From assembly GCF_000315625.1 (NCBI RefSeq), contig NW_005434400.1:1-36229 (forward strand): a stretch of 36,229 bases of DNA, given 5' to 3'. The notes under the pieces are model-generated. The model worked only from the letters and a program-made list of their open reading frames with translations. It was not told where the DNA came from and made no database searches. Below, in pieces: positions 12,122 to 23,174 of this stretch (position 1 is the first letter of the stretch; every line of letters starts with the position of its first letter). Made by a program: the position numbers and the translations under genes. This stretch comes from Guillardia theta CCMP2712. Its lineage: Eukaryota > Protista > Cryptophyta.

Positions 12122-12617
12122 GGATGAAGCAGGGAGGGCGAGGCTAAAGAGCTGACGGATGAAGCTGACAAGGGCTGGCGTCAACCAAGTGCAAACAAGC
12201 AACGTGGAGATAGGCGACAAGATCTGGAGGAGCGAAGTCGGGGAAGCGACCAAAGAGGTGAGGTACTGGCAGTCAAATGTCGGGAAAGAGCACGAGACGG
12301 ACAAACCAGGTGTGTAGTAAGAGGTGTCAGCAAGGCCTGACTTGGGGAGATAGCGAACTTAAGAGAGTTGTAGATGCTTCGGCTGGTAGGGCTATACCTA
12401 TGCGTAACGCATCGGTTCGATAATGTCATGTTTCCACCATGGCACCTCAACTATGTCTGTCACGATACCGCTGATTGTAAAAGCTTTGTCATATATTCCT
12501 GTAAGGCCCTGTCCCCGGATGCCACCTGACTTGCGGACCTCACGCCCTTTGCCCTCAAATAGAGCTCCCTCTCTCCCCTCCACTCAACCCTCTCGTTCCT
12601 CCTCCACCGACCACGCC

Positions 12618-12833
12618 ATGGCGCAAGTACCTGCCCTCGAGACCATCGTCGCTCCCCTCTCCTCCTCTGCATCCCAGCCTAGCTCCTGCACCAGCATCTC
12701 CCCCAGTAACAAGCACCGACACGCTCCCACCGTCTCCAAGGCCAAGCAGCTGGCCTGCCTCCGCGCGAGCATCCTCATGATCCAGCAGAAGCGGACGATC
12801 GAGTCAGCGGACGGGGTGGCTATGCAGCTGTGA
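12618..12833 (+). CDS. Microprotein type A, copy 3 (71 aa)
   Basis: Near-identical to the other type A copies. Confidence 0.75.
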   Translation: MAQVPALETIVAPLSSSASQPSSCTSISPSNKHRHAPTVSKAKQLACLRASILMIQQKRTIESADGVAMQL

Positions 12834-13596
12834 GGAGGCGACGGGGCCAGCTCCAACCGCCTTAGAGGCGACGACGCGTACAGATGTAGATAACGATGTA
12901 TATAGGGACCGAATGTAGGTTATCAGCACTCCGTGTATCATATGAATAAAGCTCATGCTCAATGACGTGGGAGTGTGTGAGACAGGAGGAAGCTGAGGGA
13001 GGATAGAGGGACATGAGGGGGAGGGGGAAAGGGAAGGGGCAGGCGAGGTAATGGGGGTAGGGCGAGACCTGCAGGGTCAAGGGCCGTTGTTTTTAGTCTT
13101 GATTCCGGTTGAAAGGAGGCTCATGGTCGACGCAGCATTTAGATTCTCAATTTACCTTGTTTGTATACTCAGTCATGTCTTGATGAGTGCAAAGCAGCAC
13201 ATCTCAGTGTACCTCGGATATCGAAATTGATTGTCGGATAACTTCCGTCAGATAATGAGCTGGGAACCAGCAGCTGAGAAAGTTACAAAACGAGCTCAAC
13301 GACTCAGCAAGGATCCCAACGAAAGTGATGACATATCTCGCTCTCGCCATCTCATGCATGCGGTACATGCTTGATTCACGCCTCCACCCATAACGGTACA
13401 AGGACTGTTTACACACTCACGAGCTGTGAGCGCATGTCTAGATGCGATCCTCGCACGCGCACGCGACAACACATTTGACTTTACTCTCATCGTCACTAGT
13501 ATACAAGCTATGCTCGATCGCGTCCCGTCTCCCTCCAACACGTACAGCATAGCCTACACCTTCCTCCCGCTCACGCAGCGAGACTGTCCGTCCTTG

Positions 13597-13815
13597 TCAT
13601 AGCTGCATGGGTACGCCGTCGGCAGTGTAGACAGCGCGCTTCTGCTGGATCATGAGGATGCTGGCGCGAAGACATACGAGCTGCCTGGCCTTGTCCAGGA
13701 TGGCGGGGGCGGATGGACGGGCTTGGCTGGAGTTGGCGGGGGAGGGAAGTGGGCGGGAGGAGCGGGAGGCAGGGTGGGGGGCGTAGGCGGTGTCAAGGGA
13801 AAGAGCTTGCGTCAT
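13597..13815 (-). CDS. Microprotein type B, copy 3 (72 aa; A->V in motif, QLVCLR)
   Basis: Near-identical to the other type B copies. Confidence 0.75.
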   Translation of the reverse strand: MTQALSLDTAYAPHPASRSSRPLPSPANSSQARPSAPAILDKARQLVCLRASILMIQQKRAVYTADGVPMQL

Positions 13816-14345
13816 GGATGAAGCAGGGAGGGCGAGGCTAAAGAGCTGACGGATGAAGCTGACAAGGGCTGGCGTCAACCAAGTGCAAACAAGCAACGTG
13901 GAGATAGGCGACAAGATCTGGAGGAGCGAAGTCGGGGAAGCGACCAAAGAGGTGAGGTACTGGCAGTCAAATGTCGGGAAAGAGCACGAGACGGACAAAC
14001 CAGGTGTGTAGTAAGAGGTGTCAGCAAGGCCTGACTTGGGGAGATAGCGAACTTAAGAGAGTTGTAGATGCTTCGGCTGGTAGGGCTATACCTATGCGTA
14101 ACGCATCGGTTCGATAATGTCATGTTTCCACCATGGCACCTCAACTATGTCTGTCACGATACCGCTGATTGTAAAAGCTTTGTCATATATTCCTGTAAGG
14201 CCCTGTCCCCGGATGCCACCTGACTTGCGGACCTCACGTTACCTCCTCCCCCCAGGTCTCGTGGCCCAGTGGCCCTTTGCCCTCAAATAGAGCTCCCTCT
14301 CTCCCCTCCACTCAACCCTCTCGTTCCTCCTCCACCGACCACGCC

Positions 14346-14561
14346 ATGGCGCAAGTACCTGCCCTCGAGACCATCGTCGCTCCCCTCTCCTCCTCTGCAT
14401 CCCAGCCTAGCTCCTGCACCAGCATCTCCCCCAGTAACAAGCACCGACACGCTCCCACCGTCTCCAAGGCCAAGCAGCTGGCCTGCCTCCGCGCGAGCAT
14501 CCTCATGATCCAGCAGAAGCGGACGATCGAGTCAGCGGACGGGGTGGCTATGCAGCTGTGA
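14346..14561 (+). CDS. Microprotein type A, copy 4 (71 aa)
   Basis: Near-identical to the other type A copies. Confidence 0.75.
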   Translation: MAQVPALETIVAPLSSSASQPSSCTSISPSNKHRHAPTVSKAKQLACLRASILMIQQKRTIESADGVAMQL

Positions 14562-15002
14562 GGAGGCGACGGGGCCAGCTCCAACCGCCTTAGAGGCGAC
14601 GACGTGTACAGATGTAGATAACGATGTATATAGGGACCGAATGTAGGTTATCAGCACTCCGTGTATCATATGAATAAAGCTCATGCTCAATGACGTGGGA
14701 GTGTGTGAGACAGGAGGAAGCTGAGGGAGGAGAGAGGGACATGAGGGGGAGGGGGAAAGGGAAGGGGCAGGCGAGGTAACTGTGGGAGGACAGGACAGCC
14801 ATATTCATGTTTGGGTGTTTTAATCAAGTATTTTACCGCAGGGATTGAAAGCACGTTACTGCGCATGTGCAACATAATTTTATTTTTTTCGTGTTACTTT
14901 GACTTACGTTTGATGTTAGAGCCTGGCACAGTTCCTTAGCATAAAAACTCGACCCGGCGCGAGCGTCTGAAGGGCATTGAAGGCTAAAACATGAACTGGC
15001 AC

Positions 15003-15175
15003 ATCTTTCATCGCCAATACACTGAAGCTTGAATCTATCATCACTAACACGCTTGAACTTATCTATCATCACTAACACACTGAAGCTTGAATCAACCTAT
15101 CATCACTAACACGCTTGAATCTATCATCACTAACACACTGAAGCTTGAATCTATCATCGCCAATACACTGAAGCT
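15003..15175. repeat. Imperfect ~24-34-bp minisatellite (ATCTATCATCACTAACACACTGAAGCTTGA), ~6 copies
   Basis: Direct reading; units contiguous, no spacers. Confidence 0.85.
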
Positions 15176-16081
15176 GTACTCAAGTTGAATCAGAAGCACA
15201 GGTCATACGGCGAGTAGAGAATTGACGGCCCGATGAGAACTAACCCTCAGTTCACAGTCAAGTTCCGATCATTTGCGAACTTGAAGGTCGGAGCGAACTC
15301 CCACCGTCTGTGCCCGGCCGCGCACATAGCCGCTGAACTTCGGAACTTCAAAAGATCCTGGACCGGATGCGTTCACAACTCGGATCAGCCGGGCCGCCAG
15401 CCCGGTCGGAGACAAGACATCTCAGTAAGTTGCCGGGCCTGTGCGAGCGATCGGTCACTTTTCACCAGTAGTACCGTCACGGAGTCCGACTCCCGATCAG
15501 CGCCGGGGCGCGGCGCGCGGCCCGGGCCGGGCCCGCCCGCACTCAGCCCCACTGAGTGTTTTGAGCGTCTGAGCCGGGGGCCGGCGGGCTCCGACCCGGA
15601 CTCCGAGCCTCGGAGCCTGTCAGTGACAGTGTGGCCGGGCCGGGCGGGGCCGGGCCGAAGCACGGCCCGGGCCCGGACACTCAGTGAGATGCGGTTTAAC
15701 CGCCGAGTGGGCGGAGTGGCAGGAAACCATGCAGAGAGACGCGAGATGCAGAAGAAGAGAGACGAGAGAAGACATGGAAGAGTAGAAGCTGATGAAATGA
15801 ATGCAATACAATGTTAGACAAGATGATTTAATGAAGTGAGAAGGGAGGATGATCACTGTTATGACCCTCGAGGAACAAATTTCAGAGCACCTGAAATCAT
15901 CATCTCACGAATGATAGGCCAAATATTTGAACAAAGTTTCATTTGCTGTTTTTTCCTCAACAAAGTTTCATTTGCTGTTGTTCCGGACTTGGTCACTTGA
16001 AAACGCAATAGTACTTCTTATTATGTACTTGCAGGTGGAGTTTGGAAATTCTCGATACAATAACCTAGTGCATGAAGAAAA

Positions 16082-16654
16082 ATGGATTTCAATGACGAGG
16101 CATCATTCTTCTGTTGTTTCAATATTTGACATTGGTTTGCAGACTGCCTTCGATAAAGATCAAATCAAAACCATCCTCAAAGAATGCGTTGAAGAGACTC
16201 TGGGACAGCATACATATGAACACTCAAAAGTGATCAAGAATGCTTGCTAGAGATCTGTCTGTGATGCAACTTGTTTAGATTGGCCAGTGGATCAATGACA
16301 TTTGTGAGAAAAGCACAAAAAGGCTGGTGACAAATCTTTAACTCTTTCTTTAGCATCGCTTGTCATACATTTTCAGATTGCTCTGAGCAAGCCCTTCAAA
16401 TATGTCGTTACTTGTGTTATAGTTCAAAGAAATGGTGCAGGTCAGAGATATGATTTCTTTGAGTAGGATCGGAGAATTGATTACTTTCTCCAGGTTTGCA
16501 CACAGCAGCCAGCTGTTTCTGGGATAGCGCTAACGATGGATCTGCCAGCTTTAGGTGACTACAACGGACTGGTTTTTGAAACTGAGAATTTGCAATTAGA
16601 TGGGAGGAGAAAACCATGTACTGTGTTGCAAAATGCTTTGCTCTAGCAATATGA
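16082..16654 (+). CDS. DYNLT1: Dynein light chain Tctex-type 1, six exons
   Basis: Spliced product MDFNDE|TAFDKDQIKTILKECVEETLGQHTYEHSK|IGQWINDICEKSTKRL|IALSKPFKYVVTCVIVQRNGA|GLHTAASCFWDSANDGSASF|RWEEKTMYCVAKCFALAI*, with classic Tctex-1 motifs (KPFKY.VTC.I.Q..GAGLHTA.SCFWD). Confidence 0.95.
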
Positions 16655-16695
16655 TTGTAAGTCTGTTTCAAAGCTTTCAAAACGCAAGAAATGCT

Positions 16696-17236
16696 TCAAA
16701 TCTCTGGCATCGCTCGAGCAAGTCCCAATTCATTCAGTTCGCGCTCGAATGCTTCTGATTCCCTAATCGACTTTTCGTTAGAATAGATTTGAGATGATCG
16801 GCCTGTCTAACTTACCGATTGTAGAGCTCGAGCATCTGCTGTTTCCTCCGCACCTTCAGCTCTTCTGATTGCAGCCGGATCTCGTCCCTGATGTCGCTCT
16901 CTCTCTGTTTCCTAATCAGGCCTCCGGACATGCTAGAGACTGCCTGTCGCCATCAGCATCAGTCGTGGCCAATAAGTGAAACATATGACTAGTACACACT
17001 TGCCCTTCGTGCCATTTTGCTGTCGCACGCAGATTCAAGGTTTCTTTCTTTGCTGTTTCCATTTTGGCATAATACGCATTTTCCCTGCAGAGACAAACAC
17101 ATAATTGAGTACATGTGTGGTTGCAAAGAACGCAAGGGTATTCGGAATAACCTGCACATTTTTGCAACATTTGCTCCAACAATCTTGGACATTTATATTC
17201 AATCCTAAGTACCTTCAAACCTGTGGAAAGTTCCCA
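16696..17236 (-). CDS. Small coiled-coil protein, CFAP141/C1orf189-like (tentative), multi-exon
   Basis: Exons ENAYYAKMETAKKETLNLRATAKWHEGQ | KQRESDIRDEIRLQSEELKVRRKQQMLELYNR | ESEAFERELNELGLARAMPEI* with GT..AG boundaries. C-terminal pattern recalls the CFAP141 family. Start uncertain. Confidence 0.55.
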
Positions 17237-18074
17237 TTTTGTTCAGAAATTCAGAACAACAAGGAACGATCAACTTTGAAGTCGCGAGCAAATTTTCACA
17301 AGGATTTCGCTCTACAGCAACTATTCTCAACGCATCCTTACACAAGGCTTCCGTCAACATGAAGCTATCTATCTTACTCTTTTAAACTCGGCAGTGATAA
17401 ACTAAAGGACGCTCAAGTCAGGCTTCGAGCAGTAACGGGTTGATCATTTCATGACTCACTAGTCATCATATCCACTGTTTTCTGATCCCAGCACTGCGCT
17501 AGCTCTGAGCCCATGTTACTCGCCGCTCGGATCAACCTTCGGCGAGCCGAGAGTCAAATTTTCAAACTTGCCCTTGGCAAGTTGACAGTGGACCGTTGGA
17601 GGCTCAGCGGCCACCGCGGCAGCGACCTGGATGGCTGATCCAGCGCTGGCTCAGATCGTCAGTTAGCGGCGGCGCTGCCAGCCGCAGCATCGCATGCCTC
17701 CGAGTCCATCATCATCATTGTACTACGGTCACTGATCATTGTGATTGCGATCGGATGATTTGCGAGTCAACGCCTCCCGGCGTCAGTTTCAACGGACGGA
17801 CCGTTATACCGTTACCATCGATTCGATCTATTTTTTACCGTTACAAGTATCCGTTATTTCAGATTCTCCCGAAATAGACCGCGGTTCGTCTGCATGCCAG
17901 AAAGCGTACAAGCAGAAGATGCGGAGAGAAGGGGGAGAAATGTCGAGGATGTTAGTTTTAGATAGATCGATGCAATGCTGCTTCATGATAGATCCTATAA
18001 TCTGACGACCAAACGTCGAAGCGCAATCGTTTTATTTCGTTTGCCAAGTTATCTCGTTCATCATTTAATCGCAT

Positions 18075-18272
18075 TCATGACTTGAAAAGGCTGTCTTGTT
18101 GATACATAGGCGATTCTTGCAACATTCCAACACCTTTGCTCAAGTATCCATTTACGTTCCTCGACCATTCACTTTGCCTCTTTTGCAAATTATCTTCTAA
18201 GCAATCATAAACGCTTCTGAAGCATTCACATACTTTTCTGAAAGCGTTTGAACACTTTTCTGAAACATTCAA
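18075..18272 (-). CDS. Possible short hypothetical protein (65 aa)
   Basis: ORF only, no motif. Confidence 0.2.
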   Translation of the reverse strand: MNVSEKCSNAFRKVCECFRSVYDCLEDNLQKRQSEWSRNVNGYLSKGVGMLQESPMYQQDSLFKS

Positions 18273-18313
18273 ATTGGCTGTTTAGCCTTGCTATTACTGA
18301 TGTATTATGATAG

Positions 18314-18590
18314 ATGTGGAGCAAGTTCGTGGAGGCACAGGGTGACAAGACCCAGAAGACTGAGCAGTTGTTTCAAGTCAAGGCGACTGAGCAGCAAACC
18401 ACCAAGCTTGACATTGGAATGGGTCTTCCATTCAACGTCAACTCCCACAGACGCCAGTAAGTTTTCACTGTAAGTTGTGAGGTTTCTGTTCTAACCTGAA
18501 CTTTCCAGATTGCCATGGCAGTCGGCTAAGGCCATGCACTTCAGCCCCAACACTGCCACCCTCTCCCCCCTGATGCCACTTGGTACCTAA
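18314..18590 (+). CDS. Small two-exon hypothetical protein (74 aa, MWSKFVEAQGDKTQKTEQLFQVKATEQQTTKLDIGMGLPFNVNSHRRQLPWQSAKAMHFSPNTATLSPLMPLGT)
   Basis: Exons 18314-18456 and 18509-18590 joined by a 52-nt GTAAGT...CTAAC...CCAG intron keep frame to TAA. Confidence 0.65.
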
Positions 18591-18687
18591 GTTTTATCAC
18601 TATTTGCTTGTGAATGAAAGAGAGACAATTTTGAAACAAATTGCTTATGTTTCATCTTTGAATTGAAATGAAAGTCTTGTTACTATT

Positions 18688-20042
18688 TCAATCTAATGGC
18701 AGGGCTGGTCCCAGAGCCATGATTGAGAAGTTCACCTGCCCTGGTTCGCGATCAAAGATTCTCTCCTTGATACTCCCGACTGCATCCTGCAAAAGGGAAG
18801 ACGGACTTGATTTTCCAAGGTTGATAGGAAAGGGCTTCCGTCCATCAAGCTCGTACATGCTGCCGTCCTACACTCCTTGTTGACATGGAGCACCATCATT
18901 CAGATTGCAAAACATACCTTATGTACGATACAGAGGAAGTGAGAGTCAACATCATCCATTTGTGGTTGTCTGTCAAACAACTCATCATGCAAAGCAAGCA
19001 AGGATCAAAGACACTTGCGTTTGGCCTTCTTCCGCTGCGCTCTGATGCAAACTTTCCAACTCAGTGTCTTCATTCAACTCATCAGCCCTGGAGAGCATTG
19101 AAAACATTAGTATTGTACTGTAAAATATATAACGTGCACCTGTCGTCAGGACTTTTTGTTTTTGTTTTCTCGTAGAGTCTCTTTGCCCAGCCTTCGATCT
19201 CCATCGATTCTTGACAGTTGAGTAACGCGTGTAGTACAGCCATCGTGCCGCAAGCGTTGCCGATCTTCTGCTTGCAAAACCAAAGACTCTCAGGGACAGA
19301 CTGTCCTTCCTTTTTGATTTTTTCAACAGAGTCTGTTGCAAACTGCTCTATTTCAGGAGTCAATGGAAATAAGAAGAGTACTGCGACGACAGGTGTTGGC
19401 ACCATTGCGAGCAGTTCAGGATCAGTGCCGAACACATCTGACAACACACCATTCAATGGCCTTCCAGGAACAAATAGTACAATACCATGAAACTGCCAGG
19501 TTGGAGGACATCCAATCTTGTGACTGAAAGTGGTTATCACCTCAGGGTTGCTTTCCTGGACATCAATAGATTGCCTCATTAGCCTTGAGATGCTATCAAT
19601 ATTGTACATTCGAATGTTCATTGTCGTTATGAATTTGTACACTCAAGTATGTAAATCATGTGATACAGAGAGCATGCACATAGTTTTAAGATTTCCCTCT
19701 CTTGCACTGGAACAAAGTGTTTAACCGAAGTTTGAATCGCGTATATTATGTTAACAACAATCATGCAACACAAACGCGTGACATATGATGAATTATCGTC
19801 CAAATGGAGTAAGACAGGATGGGTGACTTAAAATGATTCCATGATTTCTTAGCATCGAACTTTGTCAGCCAATCATTTGGAGTGTTTGAGCTATCGCTGG
19901 GTCGCTGCTATTTTCACGCCTTCACTTTTACACATTGTTTGCCCTCGTCATATCCTACATGTACACACTTATCACATGTTCTCTTCGCTCCCATTCTGTT
20001 TTGTTATCTTACCAGCGCCAACCAGAGCTTGGTTCCTGGCAT
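18688..20042 (-). CDS. Ubiquitin carboxyl-terminal hydrolase (peptidase C12, UCHL3-like), multi-exon
   Basis: MPGTKLWLAL|ESNPEV...DVFGTDPELLAMVPTPVVAVLFLFP...KQKIGNACGTMAVLHAL (catalytic Cys)...HF...YELDGRKPFPIN...NFSIMAL. Exon 1 is 20013-20042. Confidence 0.93.
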
Positions 20043-20649
20043 TGCGTACAGCGCTGGCGGTGTACCGGTTTGAAACGGTTTTTTTTATGTAACGAGCAAA
20101 ATTGCGTTCGTAACGGAACTCTTCAAACTGCAAGGATGGCAGGCTTTAGTAGAGTAGATGCTGAAAATGTTGGCGCAAGAAAGCAGGAGGAGGGAAGAGG
20201 ATGCTAGATAGAGAAAGAAACTAGAAGTTTCGACTTCTTTGATGCCAGCCGATCATCAGATGAAAGATAGAAACATGGTGAATCTTATGTCTAAGCAGTG
20301 AGTCAAGGTTTGAACTGTATCAGTTCTAGATCAAAATGTCTTCATAGCAGAAGTCAAGACCAAGTAACAAACCTCTCAAACTGGTTGAAATCACATAATG
20401 ATATAGAGAAGAGATAGAAATGTCTCTGCAGCTTTGAAGATGGTGGAGAGACAGCGACTACAGATTAGCGTTTAGTTTGACCGACGATCTCAAGCATTGT
20501 TGTTTATGTGACGTTTCAGCAGTTTTCTTTCTAAATTGTTACAGAACTATCAATTGGACAGGCTAGGATCAAAGTCAAATCTGAATTTGTTTTCTTACAG
20601 ATGTATCATTAAAAGGAATATCGAGGGTTTGGCAATCCCAAGGAAGGAG

Positions 20650-22952
20650 ATGGCAGATTCCTTGTCCTTCATATCGTTCGAAAAGTTCAAGACGGAAGTA
20701 GCGCAGAGAACAAAGAAAGCGTTACAAGAGCAGCCGAGTGTGCATGAAGATGGTGCGAGAAACCGTGTTTACGACAAACACGAGTTGTTTGATGATCTGC
20801 ATCTTGACCTGGATAAGCCGAACTTGCTTGATAAACGTCCGAAGAGCGCGAGAGGGGTTTCAGATCGTTATGTTCCCGTCCACGAAAATATTCCGGATAG
20901 ACTGAAGCATACACCTCGAAGCAATGTTGCGGAAAAGAAGACACCAACTTCCGGTCCAGTCTCTAAGAGATTGTTGAAGCTAGCCGACACCAGCAAGGGC
21001 AAAACTGTCTATCTCTATGCCAATGACGGGCATTATGACAAGGCTGGCTACAAGCTTTTGCTTCCTGAAAACATGGAGCTTCTTCTTGATACGGCTGCGC
21101 AGAAACTCTCTCTCCCCGCCGCTGCTCGGCTTGTCTTTCGGCTGCCCAGTGGAGACCAAGTGAGACATTTCTACGAGGTCGAAGATGACGATCAACTCGT
21201 CTTCTCCTGCAAAGAGCCCTTCAAGCCTCCCCCCCCCCCTGAACTCAGGCAGAAGAGTAAAACTAAGATTCCAGGTGATGTCCTTCCTCTACGAAACTTT
21301 GTTTTCTCTAAACCCTTCCGCCTTCGCTGTGCATTTTTTGACACAGTGTACATTAGTGAAACAAACTAAGGCAACCAAGCAACGGATGGCGGCCTACCAG
21401 GCAGCTCTCGCTGTTTCCTCACCGCCCTCTATATCCATGGACACGAAACTGATGCTGCAGGACACTAACCGCCTCCTCCGACACTTCCGTCTTGCCTACG
21501 GGACTCAGCTTCAAAAGAACTCAGCCTCGGAAGTCGTGGGGCCTGAACGCTCATTAGAGACTGTCAGGCTTCTCTGCGGTCTTGGAGCTGTTTCTCTCCG
21601 TAATCAGGCTCTCACCTCTCTCAAGGGCATGACTTTGCAGACGGACATGGTTGAGTTGTATCTTCAGAATAACTTGTTGACAAATTTCGAACATCTGCCT
21701 CAACAACCCAAACTCAAGGAGATCAGGCTGGAAAACAACGTGTTGTACTCTTTTCGTGGCTTCCAGCAACAACCAAGACTGGAGCAAATTTGGTTGGAAG
21801 GAAATCCAATTTTTGCTCACCCGCAATACCGTTTGATGGTCACAATCATGCAGCTGAATGGGTATCTCACCCGCATCGACAACGTGCTGGTCGAGCGTGA
21901 TGAGCGTTTGCTGGCGCAAGCCCTCGCTCCTTATGTGACCGAAGCGCTGCGAGCTGGGTGGCTGCTGGACACTGTCAGGCAGCCTGATGCTGACCTTGAC
22001 ATGTCGGTGGCTGAATTTCAAGAGTATCAATATTCCAACAACTTGAATGAGTCGTTGCTGCCATTGGGGCGGCATGCCGTCAACGGTAGATCGAACAAGA
22101 TCGTGATGGACCATGGGGAGGAAGGAGAGATCAGCGATGCAGCAGGCCGATACGTGTCGAACATGATGAAGGCTCCTTCGGATAGCGCCAACGTGAGTGC
22201 CAACGTAGACCAGGACGCCGAGATGGGAAGCCCTGGTCGCATGGCAGCGCAGATTGAGAGATTGACCGACGCCCTTGTGCGAGCATCGCAGAAGTCGAAC
22301 GTGAAAGAGAAGTTGCTCGTGGAAACATCCGCAAAGCTGAGGGCTGTGCAAGAAACGGCAGAGCGAACCAAGAAAGAGCTAGAAATCAAAGAAGAGGCTC
22401 TTAAGGAGTCTGAAAAGATTCTTTCAAAGCGAACAGAGCAATGTAGACAACTCTATGATATTGTTGGCGCGCTGGAACAGAGGCTAGCTCAGCAGCCGGA
22501 CGCAAGCTTGTCGACGCCTCACCAGGGGTCTGATCGCTCCAGGTACACCAATGCTGCTGTTCAGACAGAAGAGTGGAGCAGCTCTGAGCGAGCTGCCGCT
22601 GTTGGAGAAGAGCTGATGGCTGAGAGAAGGTAAAGTTTTACAGCTCCGTCTTGTTTTCTCACTTTTTTGCAGATCTCGAGCTAGCGAGCGAGCTGCGCTT
22701 GAAGCTAAGATTCAACGACTTGAGCTGTCCATCGCCGCCTCGGAGAACTCCTCCAACCATGTCCACCTGGCTCTTTTCTCAGGTTTGCTGCTGAATCTAT
22801 CGACAAAGGGTGTCTGACAGCTAGTCTTGCTTTCAGAGGTGCGAAGTCGTCTAATGGGAGAGCTTTCCTATTCCATCCCCGACAGCAACGTCATCTCCTC
22901 CATTGTCAAGGATATCGACCGTCACCTTGGGGAGTTCGGAGGCGATGAGTGA
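20650..22952 (+). CDS. Doublecortin(DCX)-like domain + leucine-rich repeat + coiled-coil protein, multi-exon
   Basis: DCX-like segment TVYLYAND..LLLDTAAQKLSLPAAARLVFRLPSGDQV...DDDQLVFSCKEPF; LRRs (ELYLQNNLLTNF, EIRLENNVL, QIWLEGNPI, LRRcap YRLMV...LTRIDNVLV); coiled coil. Introns near 21274, 22630 and 22783. Confidence 0.8.
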
Positions 22953-23174
22953 TGGGAGAACTAGAGGGAGTCATTGGAGTTTTGCTAGTTGATGTTTCAG
23001 GACGAATTAATTTGAACCAAATGTAAGCCAAACTTTCTGCTCCCCCCGGCACTTGTCAGTGTCTGGCCCCCTCAGGGGCGGGCCTCAGAGTCTCAGGCCC
23101 GCGTGTGATCACCGGCGGACTGACCGGCGGAGCTGCTAGCATTCAGTAACGGAAATAACGTATGTTGGTGGGGC

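Larger units (their letters stand above)
8561..14780. repeat. Segmental repeat array: one inverted unit plus three tandem ~1.7-kb units, each with a divergent microprotein gene pair
   Basis: Near-identical blocks with spacings of 1721/1694 bp (type B genes) and 1694/1728 bp (type A genes). 8561-~9040 is the reverse complement of ~10790-11270. Confidence 0.95.

Noticed and set aside
8669-14584. Antisense 90-aa ORFs (MELAPSPP...) and N-terminally extended versions of the microproteins
   Set aside because: They use non-ATG or non-conserved starts, and synonymous-site conservation supports only the A/B frames from the conserved ATGs.
15003-15175. ~30-bp repeat as a CRISPR array (likewise the 76-bp and 19-bp repeats)
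   Set aside because: Units are contiguous with no unique spacers, the context is eukaryotic, and there are no cas genes.
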